Source: Azolla caroliniana (Eukaryota; Plantae; Polypodiophyta). From it: a DNA stretch of 64,000 nt. A model generated the notes under the pieces. That model ran no database searches, had not been told where the DNA came from, and saw nothing but the letters and a program-made list of their open reading frames with translations. The position numbers and the translations under genes were made by a program. Within the stretch, counting starts at the first letter, position 1. The number at the start of each line of letters is the position of its first letter. Shown piece after piece: positions 26,938 through 39,364 of the stretch. The stretch spans positions 8,866,001 to 8,930,000 of the forward strand of contig JBHGNT010000012.1 of the NCBI GenBank assembly GCA_043228905.1. The letters are read 5' to 3'.

Positions 26938-29900
26938 ATGGAGGCAAACACATCAACAATGGTTGTTTTAAATGGCACGAACTATCAAAAATGGAAAGGA
27001 AAAATGAAAGATTTGCTTTTCGTTAAAAATATGCATTTACCTATATTCGCAAAGATTAAACCCGAAAAGAAAAATGATGAGGAATGGGATTTTGAAAATG
27101 AACAAGTATGTGGTTTCATTCGTCAATGGGTAGGAGATAATGTCTTGAATCATGTTGTGAATGAAACAAATGCAAAGACTTTGTGGAATAAATTAGAAAC
27201 CTTATATGCTTCTAGAACCGGTAATAATAAGTTGTTTTTACTCAAACAAGCAATGCATTTGACTTATAAAGAAAATAAGTCGGTTTTAGATCATTTAAAT
27301 GAATTTCAAGGATGTTTCGATCAATTGTCTAGCATGGGTATAAACTTTGAAGAAGAAGTTCTTTCTTTATGGTTGCTAAATACTCTTCCCGAGTCATGGG
27401 AAACATTTAGGGTTACTCTAGCTAGTGCGGCTCCTAAGGGAGGTATGACAATGGAACTTGTGAAGGGTGGAATTCTAAATGAAGAAATGCGGCGAAGGAC
27501 GCAAGGAGCAACATCAAACATGGAAGCCTTCGTTGCTGAAAATAGAGGAAGAAGCCAAAAGAGGAGTGATGACCGAAACAACAAAGGTAGAAGTAGAAGT
27601 AAGTCAAAGTCTAAATATAAAGATTTAGTTTGTCATTTTTGTGGTAAGACAGGTCACATAAAGAAATATTGTTTCAAATGGAAGAAGGAAAATAAAGTGT
27701 CGAACTACATGAAAGATAAGAAAAATGTGAATGACAATATCGATTATGTTAATGTTGCTTCCTCTAATGATTTACTTGTTGTATGTACAAGTTACAATGA
27801 AGTTAACATAAGTAGCCATGAAACCACTTGGGTTCTTCATAGTGGTGCCTCCCACCATGTTACGTCTAGAAGGGATTTTTTCTCATCTTACACTCCAGGT
27901 GACTATGGTGTTGTGAAGATGGGGAATGATGGATTTGCAAAGGTAGTCGGCATAGGAACCATTTTCTTGCAAACCAACACGGGATTCAAGTTGATTCTAC
28001 ATCAAGTACGACACGTGCCCGATATTAGATTGGATCTAATCTCCACAGGTACATTAGACGACGAGGGCTATAACCATTCGTCTCAAAATGGTAAGTGGAA
28101 AATCTGTAAGGGTTCTTTGATTGTTGCGAAAGCAAATAAATGTTGTCACAATGGTTTATATCTTTTGCAAGCTTCTGTCTCTACTAACTTTGTCAATGTA
28201 GTTGAAAATCAAGATGTTTCAAAATTGTGGCATAAGAGATTGTCCCATATTAATGAAAAGGGACTTGACTTTCTAGCAAAAAAGAACGTCCTACCAGGTT
28301 TAAAAGATGTGAAGTTAGATACATCTGATCATTGTTTGGCAGGGAAGGCTAAGAGGGTTTCCTTTAAGCATTCTTCTCTTCGACAAAAAGGTATACTCGA
28401 GCTAGTGCATTCTGATGTGTGTGGACCCTTGAAGGTAAGGTCAATGGGTGGAGCACTTTATTTTGTTACTTTCATTGATGATCATTCTAGGAAGCTTTGG
28501 GTTCGAATGTTGAAATCAAAAGATCAAGTTTTTGATGTTTTTAAAGAGTTTCACGTTTCTGTTGAGAGAGAGACAGGGAAGAAACTGAAATGTATTCGTA
28601 GCGATAATGGTGGCGAATACTGTGGATCTTTTGATGCGTATTGTCGAGAGCAAGGTATCAAACATCAAAGAACCCCTCCTAAGACTCCCCAATTAAATGG
28701 TTTGGCCGAAAGAATGAATAGAACCCTAGTTGAAAGAGTTAGGTGCTTACTCTCAGATGCAAGGTTACCTAAATCATTTTGGGGTGAGGCTTTGAATACT
28801 GTTGCACATATCATTAATCTATCTCCTACTACCGCATTGCAAGGCGATGTACCAAATAGAGTGTGGTACGGTAAAGATGTCTCTTATGATTACTTACGTG
28901 TGTTTGGGTGTAAGTCTTTTGTACATATACCCAAGGATGAAAGATCGAAGTTAGATGCTAAATCTAAACAATGCATTTTTATTGGTTATGGTCAAGATGA
29001 TTTTGGTTATAGGTGTTACGATCCTGTGGGAAAGAAGCTTATTAGGAGTCGTGATGTAGTGTTCATCGAAGACCAAACCATTGAGGACATTGACAAGGCG
29101 GAAAGGTCAAGTACCACTTTAGATGGTGACCTAGTAGATATTGATCCAATTCCTATGATGGATGATGATACACAAGAGAGTGCCTCACAACAAGAGGAGC
29201 AACATGAGGATGTTGGTCAGCCGTTGATTGTAGATGATGCTAGTAATGATGTTGTTTTGCCAGAGACAGGTCTTGAGCGGGGGGAGCAACTTCCATTACA
29301 AGAGGTGGCAAATCAACCTTTAAGGAGATCTACAAGAGAACGACGATCATCCACGAGGTATCCTAGTTCTGAATATGTTCTACTCACTAATGAAGGTGAA
29401 CCGGAAAGTTTTCATGATGTGCAAACTCTTAAAGACAAAGATAGTTGGGTAGAGGCCATGCATGAAGAAATTAATTCTTTGAAAAAGAACAACACATTTG
29501 AGCTAGTTGAACTTCCTGAGGGTAGGAGAGCTTTGAAAAATAAATGGGTGTTTAAGTTAAAAAGGGGTGATGATAACTTTATAAAATATAAAGCTCATTT
29601 GGTGGTAAAAGGATATGGTCAAAAGAAAGGAATTGATTTTGACGAAATTTTCTCACTAGTTGTGAAATTAAGCTCAATACGAGTTGTGTTAGGTTTGGTA
29701 GCTAGTTTAAACCTTGAACTTGAACAATTAGATGTGAAAACTGCTTTTTTACATGGTGACCTAGATGAGGAAATATACATGGAACAACCGGAGGGTTTTA
29801 AAGAGAAAGGGAAAGAACATTTGGTATGTAGGTTGAAAAAGAGTCTCTATGGCCTAAAACAAGCACCGCGCCAATGGTATAAAAAGTTTGATTCTTTTAT

Positions 29901-30954
29901 GGTGAATCAAGGTTATAAAAGAACTAATGCGGACCATTGTGTGTATGTTAAACAACTTGAGGATGGTAATTTTATTATACTTCTTTTGTATGTTCATGAT
30001 ATGCTAATTGTTGGGCAAGACCTAAATATGATTAATAGGTTAAAAGTGGAGTTATCTAAAACTTTTGACATGAAAGATTTAGGGCCTTCTAAGCACATTT
30101 TAGGTGTGCAAATAACTCGTGATAGAGAATCAAAGAAATTGTGGCTTTCACAAGAAACGTACATAGAAAGAATCCTCGAAAGGTTCAACATGCAATATTC
30201 GAAACCAGTAAGTACTCCTCTTGCCACTCACTTTAAATTGAGAAGGAAATGTTGTCCAATTACCGAGGAGGAAAGAGATGAGATGTCATTGATTCCCTAT
30301 GCCTCGGCGGTTGGATCTTTAATGTATGCTATGGTTAGCACACAACCAGATATTGCACATGCAGTTGGTACAGTGAGTAGGTATCTCTCTAACCCTGGTA
30401 AATCTCATTGGAATGCCGTAAAATGGATTTTACGGTATTTGAGAGGTACATCTAAGTTGTGCATTTGTTATGGAGGTTCTAAACCAATTCTTGAAGGCTT
30501 TACAGATGCGGACATGGCTGGAGATCTTGATGCTAGGAAATCTACATCCGGTTTCTTGTTTACTTTTGCAGGGGGAGCTATATCATGGCAATCCAAATTG
30601 CAAAAGTGTGTTGCCTTGTCCACTACAGAAGCTTAATACATTGCAGCAACTGAGGATGGCAAAGAAATGCTTTGGATAAAAAGGTTTCTTTTAGAATTGG
30701 GTTTGAGCCAATTAACTTATGTGGTTTTTTGTGACAGTCAAAGTGCAATGGACCTAAGCAAGAACTCAATGTATCACTCACGGACAAAACACATCGATGT
30801 AAGGTATCATTGGTTACGATTGGCAATCGAGGAGCAAATGTTGCAACTAGATAAAGTTCATATTGATGACAACGTTGCTGACATGCTAACAAAGGTGGTT
30901 CCAAGGGAGAAGCTTGAGCTATGTGCCAAGCTTGCCAGAATGGAGATAAATTGA
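26938..30954 (+). pseudogene. gag-pol: Copia E gag-pol; one premature stop and catalytic substitutions
   Basis: 1232-aa ORF to TAA 30634-30636, same frame continues to 30954; WVLHSGAS (normally DSG); YVHD (normally YVDD). Confidence 0.93.
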
Positions 30955-33900
30955 TACACAAGCAATTCTCTCCTTGTGTGACCGGAGGGGGAGATTGTTA
31001 ATGTATCCGGTCACTATTTTGTCTTTTCTTTTTTTAATAATATTTATTATTATTATTAGATAGTAATATAAAACAAAACGAAAGTTTTGTTTCTTTAGTA
31101 ATTATTACCCTTACTTTATTTCTTTAAAAGGGTAAATGTAAGGTACGTTTTTTAGTGAGTAAAGAAAGAAAAGAATAATAATAATAATAATAATAAAGAG
31201 GAAAACAAAACAAAACGACCGTTTTTGTTTTTGAGAGAGACAAAGAGAAGAGAGGGTGGAAAGGAGATATATATATATATGGGAAGAGGTGAGAACAAAA
31301 GTACGAGGAGTGTGAAGCATAGAGAAGCATAGAGAAGCATAGTGAAGCTTGGTGAAGCTTGGTGCTCAACTCATCTACTCCCAATCTCATTTCCATCTCC
31401 ACTACTCAACGTGAGATCTACACGGCTACTACTTCGACTTGTGGACGTTCTTATCCGGGTTTTCTTCTCTCTTCTTTTCTCTTATATGCTTGAGAGATAA
31501 TCTTATCCCTTTGGATTATTGTACCATCTTTGTCGGTAGTACTATGCTACATATCTCTACTTATTTCTAGTATATCTAGAAGTAGAATTTGTACTTGTGT
31601 TGTATCTCTTTGGTGATAGTGGATTGGTTTTGGACTTTTGTCCCGTGGTTGTTTCCCGCATTGAGGGGTTTTCCACGTTAAATCTTGTGTAATCTTTGTT
31701 GTGTCATTGTGTGTGTTTCTTTTTCATTATAATCGAGCATAAAACGTGACGCATGTTACACTCTTACGTGTCTATACCTCATCAGAGAAGACGATGATGA
31801 AGATAAAGAAGAAAACGAAAGCGACAAACAGAGAGGAGAACAAAGAAAGAACAAGAAAACAAGAAAGAAAGAGAGAAAGAGAAAGAGAAAGGGGTAGAGA
31901 GGAAAATTTCAGTAATTCGAGGGCATACCATCGAATTTCAGAAGCTCGAGTGCAAAAGAGAAAATTTCAGAAAACAGAGGGCAGAAAATACAAATTTAAA
32001 AACATGAGGGTAAAAACAAGAATTTCAAAAAATAAGTGGTACAAATCATGAAATTTTGAAAAACACAACTCACATGATGAAAGAAAGAATACACAAACGG
32101 ACAACACGATTTCATGACCCATGCCACATTGAACTAGCCAATTGGTTTATGATCCAATCGCGACTTGTTGGCTGAATGAGAAGGTTCGAGTCAAGCAAAG
32201 CTCTGATCCAAGTTATCGATCATAGAGTAGTGATCCGGTCGAGGGATTTCCGACCGTTGAGACGACCAATGGAGTTCCGGTCGAGAAGAGTTGTCATGGC
32301 GAGTGGGTTCACTGTGCAATGCACTGTCCCACATGTGTGCCATGTGTTACCCCTAAGAATATACGGGGAGGCATAAGGGTATGTGTAATGATGTGGTTGA
32401 TGTGTATGTGTAAAGTAAATGAGTGTGTGAGGATGAGTATGTGTATGGACACATCCACAATTATGTGCATGTGTACAAGAATGTGTAACGGTGTTATTTA
32501 TAACGGTCATGTAACCATTACATGGGATGTATTATATAAACCCCCTATGGGTTATGTAATGAAATATACATTTTTCCCATCTCATTTTATGTCATTTCCT
32601 ATTTTTCTCTCTCTCTAGCTCTCTCCCTATCATAACCCCCTTGGGAGGGGGGTGAAGCCATTCTAGGCTTCACTCCCCACCCCCAACAAATAGCAGTTCA
32701 GAATGCTCCTAACTTCGACGGCAATCATCCAAGGCAGATCTACACCATTTCGCCCTCCTCAATGTTCACATCGATGGAGGCGAGGGAGTCGCAGATATCC
32801 TTTATTTGGAGGCGAGGGAGGTGAGGGAATATCTGTTCAACGGCCTCCTGGTTTCTTAACCGATTTGGCCTAACCGATCGGTCCAAACCGATCCGATTCT
32901 CGGCTTGCATAGCCGATCCGGCCAATGTTGAGCTTGTATCTCAACAATCTCAAATGGAATCAGGAAGAGTGGAATCCCCAGGTGTGGTTATGGAATTAAC
33001 GACCATTAATCGTAGGCGATTTGTACCCAAAAGGATTTGTTTTTTATGCTCAAAAGCTAGTTCTCCTGGACAAAGTTCCATATAAGAGCGTCGAGAAAGA
33101 GCATCCACTTTTCCTTAATGCATCCCTAGGCGATATATGATTACGAAGTCGAAGTGAGTCAAAAATTGCGCCCAACGAGCTTGTCGCTCACTTAGGATTT
33201 GAGCATTTTGGAAATATGCCAGGTTTTTGTGATCATTGTAGACAATGATCTGCTCAGAAGAACCTTCCAAAAAATGTCGCCATTGTTGAAAAGTGTTGAG
33301 CGGCAAGCTCAACCGGAGACGGATCGGCTGAATAAGCCGGAGCCGGTTAGCGAGACGGATCGGGTGAAACGGATCGGTATGACGGTGAGCAACCGAACCG
33401 GCAAGCAGTGGAGGCCAGGTGCAATCCGTAACCGACAGTCCAATCGGAAGCCTAGAATAGGATAGACTACTAGGTATCTATAGTCTCGTAGTAAGTGTCA
33501 GATGCTCGTGTGAGCATTGAAGTACATGGTACTTCTGTCAGTCCCAAGAGGACTTGTATAAATAGTGCTACTTAGCACAGTGTGTATAAGCAGAGTCTTG
33601 ATATAATTTTGGAAATTGCGTTCTGCTCTCTTTGTCTGTCTGTCTCTCTCTCTCTCTGTGTGTGTGTTGTTCTCTGTTTTACGCTTCCGCAAACACTCAC
33701 GTTTACATGGTATCAGAGCGTGAGGGTTGAGAACCTCTGCTGCAGACATTTACTCTTGAGAAGAAAACCCTAACAGGTCGATAATAGACACAGTAGAAGA
33801 CATGGATAGAGGCATGGCTACATCGCTCCCGGTGGAAAAGCTCGAAAGGAGCAACTACGCATCCTGGTCTTACAAGATGCACTAGTACCTGCTTGGACAC

Positions 33901-34253
33901 GGGTACTGGAGTTATGTCGAAGGAGCGAATGATGCGGCACCAGACTCGGCACACAAGGACTTCCCGGTATGGGAACAGGCGGCAAGCAGGGTGATGTACT
34001 GCTTCGCATCCATTGTCAGCCAAGACACCGAAGGATGCTTGGGGGAACCTGAAAAAGGTTTTCACCGCAAGCACCACTGCCCGGAAGCTGCAACTCAGAC
34101 AGGATTTGAGCAATGTTCGACAGAAGAACATGTCCATGGCAGACTACACGGGCCGGATAAAGGAGATTTGCGACTCACTCGCCTCTATCAATGTTACCGT
34201 AGAGGAAGACGAGATGGTGCAGGTATGTCTCGGAGGCCTGGTGTCCAAGTTCG

Positions 34254-34587
34254 TGTTGGGATTCCGGTCCCTCCGGATGGGATGTCCGGAGATGAATGAC
34301 GGCAAGCCCGGTTGCGGTTACGGAGCTGGATGATGAATACCCCGGTTACGGAGCCGGATGATGAATACCCCGGCTACGGAGCCGGATGATGAAGACCCCG
34401 GTTACGGAGCCGGATGACGAATGTACCCGGAGAGAGATCCGGATGCGGGGACATATTTGTGAATATGTTTGTCAAGAGCCCTTGAGGCTATATTTGTAAA
34501 TAGCCCGAAAGTCATATGTGTATAAATATGACTTAGGGCAAACAGTCTTATGTTGTTGCTCATTTTTCATGCGAAGTGAGAGCAGCC

Positions 34588-34619
<32 letters not shown>

Positions 34620-37600
34620 CGAAGAGGTCGTTGCCTCTGTGTATTACCGCCGCCTGTGGCGAAGACAGTGAACTCCAGGTTGTTGCCTTGTAGCTTCACT
34701 ATTGTACATCTCTGTTCATAGTGATAGTTGGAGTCTGAGGACTCCCGTGGTTTTTTTTTCCCATTTAGGGTTTTCCACGTAAACATCCTGTGTACCCTCC
34801 TCTCTATTGTCCTCGTGCATTTTGTATTTCCTGTTTTTCTGTGAGGTAATCCTATTCCTCGGTTGTGGCCGAGCGCTGTTTTTTTGAACTACAATCTGGT
34901 ATCAGAGCGACGGCAACACAGAAAATGGAAGGCGGCGGTAGTGGGCCTCCGGGCATGATGGTGTTGAACTCACAGAACTACGCCAATTGGAAGATAAAGA
35001 TGGAAGACCTTCTCATCGTCCGAGACCTGTACGAACCGATCGACAATGCCGAGATACCCAAGGGAGTAATAGAGTCGGAGTGGAAGCTCCTGAACCGGAA
35101 AGCCGTAGCGACGATCCGGCAATATGTCGATGTAAGCGTCCTACAACATGTGGCGAACGACACCAACGCATATGAGATGTGGAAGAAGCTGTCGGGCCTC
35201 TACGAGAGGAAGAATGCGTTGAACCGGACCTCCCTGATGAGGAAGATAGTGAACCTCAAGTACCGGGACGGCGAGAATATGGTGGAACACGTGAGCACGT
35301 TCATGGGATTCGTGAACCAGCTTGCGGCGATCAAGTTCCCGTTGGAGGATGCAATGCAAGCCATCATTCTGATGTGTACATTGCCGGAAAGCTGGGAGAA
35401 CTTGGTGGTGACTCTCAGCACCTCCTGCACCGAAGATAACTTGTCCCTACAAACGGTAAAGACGAGTATTTTGAACGAAGAAGCGCGTCGGAGAGATAAA
35501 GAACCGGCCTTCGACTCGAAGGCGCTGCTTACCGAATCGGAACGGGGAAGACAATGGAACCGGAGTCCGCAAAGACGGGAGAAGTCGGGGACCCGGTCGC
35601 AGTCAAGAGGAAGACCCACATGCTTCCACTGTGGGAAGCCGGGGCACTTCCGGAAGAATTGTCGGCATTACCGAAAGGACAACGGAGCCGACGACACCGA
35701 TTCAAAGAAGTCACCGGAGAGAAACGGTGCATACCGGGGAGCCACGGACCGGAGAGGTCCGGATCGGCGAGGGCAGGACCGGAAAGGAACGACGGCACTC
35801 GCGGCAAGTGAAGAAGAGATAATGCTCATTACCGAAGAGAGGGAGCTGAACCTTGCCAGTGAAGAGATGACCTGGGTGGTCGATTCCGGAGCGTCGTTCC
35901 ACCTGACCCCGGAGAAGAAATATTTCTCATCCTACACAGCCGGTGAGCACGGCTGTGTCCGGATGGGAAATGAAGGAACATGCCGGATTGCCGGCATAGG
36001 AGACGTGTGGCTAATGACATCAACCGGATGCAAGATGCTGCTGAAGGATGTCCGTCACGTTCCGGAGGTTCGATTGAACCTGATTTCGGCCGGGAGGCTA
36101 GACGATGAGGGCTACACGGGCAGCATCCAGAACGGTGTCATGAAGTTCAGCAAAGGGAGCCTGATAGTGGCTCGGGCCCGGAAGGTCAACACACTGTACC
36201 TGATGAATTCCCGGCTATGTCCGGAGGAGCTGAACGTGGCAGCCGACACTGCCGGTGAGCTGTGGCACAAGAGACTGTGCCACATGAGCGAGAAGGGGAT
36301 GAAGAGGCTTGCAGAAGACAACCTCATTCCAGTGAAGCATGTGCATCTGGAGAAGTGCACCGATTGCCTGGCCGGTAAGCAAAACCGGACCTCCTTCCAC
36401 TCAAGGCCACCGACGAGACGTAGCGCACCATTCGAGCTGGTGCACACTGACGTGTGTCAAGTAGAAACGAAGTCACATGGCGGAGCCCAGTACTTCGTGA
36501 CATTCATTGATGACCACAGCCGGAAGCTGTGGACGGCACCGTTGAAGACAAAGGACCAAGTGTTGTGCGTCTTCAAAGATCTCCATGCGAGAGTGGAAAG
36601 AGAATCCGGCAAGAAGCTGAAAGCGATACGAGCGGATAACGGAGGGGAATACCGGGGGCAGTTCCAGGAGTACTGTCGCTCGAAGGGAATCCGGCTCGAG
36701 TTTACTGTGCCGAAGACGCCGGAACTGAACGGGCTGGCCGAGAGGATGAACCGGACCATAATGGAGAGGGTCCGGAGTATGTTGGCGCATGCAAAATTAC
36801 CCAAGGGTTTTTGGGCTGAGGCAATGTCGACGGCGACGTATGTGATAAATAGATCACCCTCAGTACCTTTGGACGGAGACACGCCGCAGAAAGTGTGGAC
36901 CGGTAAGGAAGTGTCCTACCGGCATCTGAAGGTGTTCGGGTGTCTCGCATACGTGCATGTGGCAAAGGACCGGAGAGGAAAGTTAGATCCAAAGACCCGG
37001 CCATGCATATTCCTCGGTTACGGCGACGACGAGTTCGGCTACCGAGTATGGGACCCGGTCGACAAGAAGATATTCCGGAGTCGTGATATCATCTTCATGG
37101 AGGACAAGACACTCGCCGACTGGGAGTCGGAGAAGAAGATGAAGAGCTCCAAGTCGACCGGTGAGGATAAACTCTACGAGGAGCAGTCCCGACCGGCAAG
37201 GGACCGGTTAGCACTCGAGGATCCGGCCGAAGACGGTGAAGAAACAGAACCGGCCGAGGAAGATGAAACTGATACCGGAACCGTCCCCGATCCCGAAATG
37301 GATTCGGATGAAGAAGAATCGGAAGAACCGGTTACCGAAGCTCCGGAACGGAGATATCCTCTAAGAGAGAGAAGGGCCCCCCGGAGATTTCCGGAACCAG
37401 AGCACGTGCTGCTAACCGACGAGGGGGAGCCGGAGAGTTTTGAAGAAGCAAAGCTTGACACCCATAGCCGCAGGTGGTTAAGTGCCATGCAGGAGGAGAT
37501 GGATTCCCTGCATGAGAACCACACATATGAACTTGTGGAGTTGCCGAAAGGAAAGCGGGCACTTCGAAACAAGTGGGTGTTCAAGCTGAAACCGGGAAAT

Positions 37601-39332
37601 GCCGGAAACCCCCCGAGATACAAAGCCAGGATCGTGGTGAAGGGGTTCCAGCAGAAGAAGGGCGTCGACTTCGACGAGATATTTGCCCCGGTAGTGAAGA
37701 TGACCTCCATCCGGACGGTGCTGAGCATAGCGGCAAGCATGGACCTCGAGGTAGAGCAGATGGACGTGAAGACAACATTCCTTCACGGTGACCTCGAAGA
37801 AGAGATCTACATGCAGCAACCGGAAGGATTCGAGAAGAAAGGGAAGGAGCACCTGGTATGCCGGTTGAAGAAGAGCCTGTACGGACTGAAGCAGGCTCCC
37901 CGGCAATGGTACCGGAAGTTCGACTCCTTCATGACCGACGAAGGGTACCACAAAACGCAGTCTGATCACTGCGTGTTTGTGAAGAAGTTCGAAGGAGGAG
38001 ACTTTCTAATACTCCTCCTGTACGTGGACGACATGTTGATCGTCGGACGGGACCAGGTCAAGATACGGGTGTTGAAGAAGGCTCTTCACCGAACCTTCTC
38101 AATGAAGGACTTGGGTCCGGCGAGGCAAATACTAGGGATGCACATCATCCGGGACCGGAAGAAGAAGCAGTTGTGGCTGTCACAGGAGAAGTACGTGACA
38201 AAGGTGCTTAAACGGTTCAACATGTCGGAAGCAAGACCGGTCGGATCGACCCTCCCGGCAAACTGCAAGCTGTCCAGCAAGCAAAGTCCCAAGACAAAGG
38301 CTGAAAAGGAGGATATGATGAAAGTGCCGTATGCCTCAGCCGTCGGGAGCTTGATGTACGCCATGGTGTGTACGAGACCGGACATCGGATATGCAGTCGG
38401 AGTGGTGAGCCGGTACATGAGCAATCCCGGAAAAGAGCACTGGAACGCGGTCAAGTGGATACTCCGATACCTGAAGGGCACGGCAAACGTGTGCCTCCGA
38501 TTCGGCTCCGGTAAGCCCGAACTCGACGGCTTTACCGATTCGGATATGTCGGTTGATGCAGATACCAGCCGGTCCACATCAGGGTATGTGATGACGTATG
38601 CAGGGGGAGCTGTTTCGTGGCAGTCGAGGCTGCAGAAGACGGTTGCGTTGTCAACCACGGAGGCGGAGTACATGGCGGCTGTTGAAGCCGGCAAGGAAAT
38701 AATATGGATGAAGGACTTCATCAGAGAGCTCGGTATCCGGCAGGAGGAGTACCGACTCTACTGCGACAGTCAGAGTGCCATCCACCTTGCGAAGAATGCG
38801 GCCTACCATTCCCGGACGAAACACATCCAGCGTAGATACCACTGGATCCGGGAGAGGATAGAAGACGAGGAGCTCGTGCTGACGAAGATCCACACGGACG
38901 AGAACGGGTCGGATATGCTGACCAAGGTGCTCACACCCGACAAGCTGGAAGCATGCCGGAAGAGGATCGGGTTGGAGAGACATCCCATGCCGAAGTGAAG
39001 GGGGAGTTTGTTGGGATTCCGGTCCCTCCGGATGGGATGTCCGGAGATGAATGACGGCAAGCCCGGTTGCGGTTACGGAGCCGGATGATGAATACCCCGG
39101 TTACGGAGCCGGATGATGAAGACCCCGGTTACGGAGCCGGATGACGAATGTACCCGGAGAGAGATCCGGATGCGGGGACATATTTGTGAATATGTTTGTC
39201 AAGAGCCCTTGAGGCTATATTTGTAAATAGCCCGAAAGTCATATGTGTATAAATATGACTTAGGGCAAACAGTCTTATGTTGTTGCTCATTTTTCATGCG
39301 AAGTGAGAGCAGCCGAGAGAGAAAGAGCAGCC

Positions 39333-39364
<32 letters not shown>

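Larger units (their letters stand above)
26003..31784 (+). mobile_element. Full-length AT-rich Ty1/copia element E (Tork/Tnt1-like)
   Basis: LTRs 26003-26893 and 30996-31784 (TG...CA); PBS-Met TGGTATCAGAGC 26896-26907; PPT GGAGGGGGAGA before 30996; perfect TSD GAGAA. Confidence 0.97.
23912..32688 (+). mobile_element. Non-coding LTR element with a Tat/Ogre-like PBS and PPT, interrupted by Copia E
   Basis: 344-bp direct repeats 23912-24255 and 32345-32688; TGGCACGCCGGGAC at ~24263; PPT-like GAGGTGGAGGGCAAA then TGTAG at 24898; no gag/pol; no TSD. Confidence 0.65.
16843..32946 (-). mobile_element. Degenerate Ty1/copia element C (extended-Pol family) in three pieces: 32689-32946, 23608-23911, 16843-18144
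   Basis: LTR start TGTTGAGATACAAGCTCAAC at 32946 deleted into gag IKDICDSLASIDV; gag tail NKMLY; WYVEYGASNHMT; DLWHKRIGH; LRSDGGKEY; ends at KCILVGY ~16843. Confidence 0.85.

Noticed and set aside
35141-38983. Many antisense or overlapping ORFs in the GC-rich Copia copies
   Set aside because: Expected shadows of a GC-rich coding strand; recurrence in G and I only reflects their near identity
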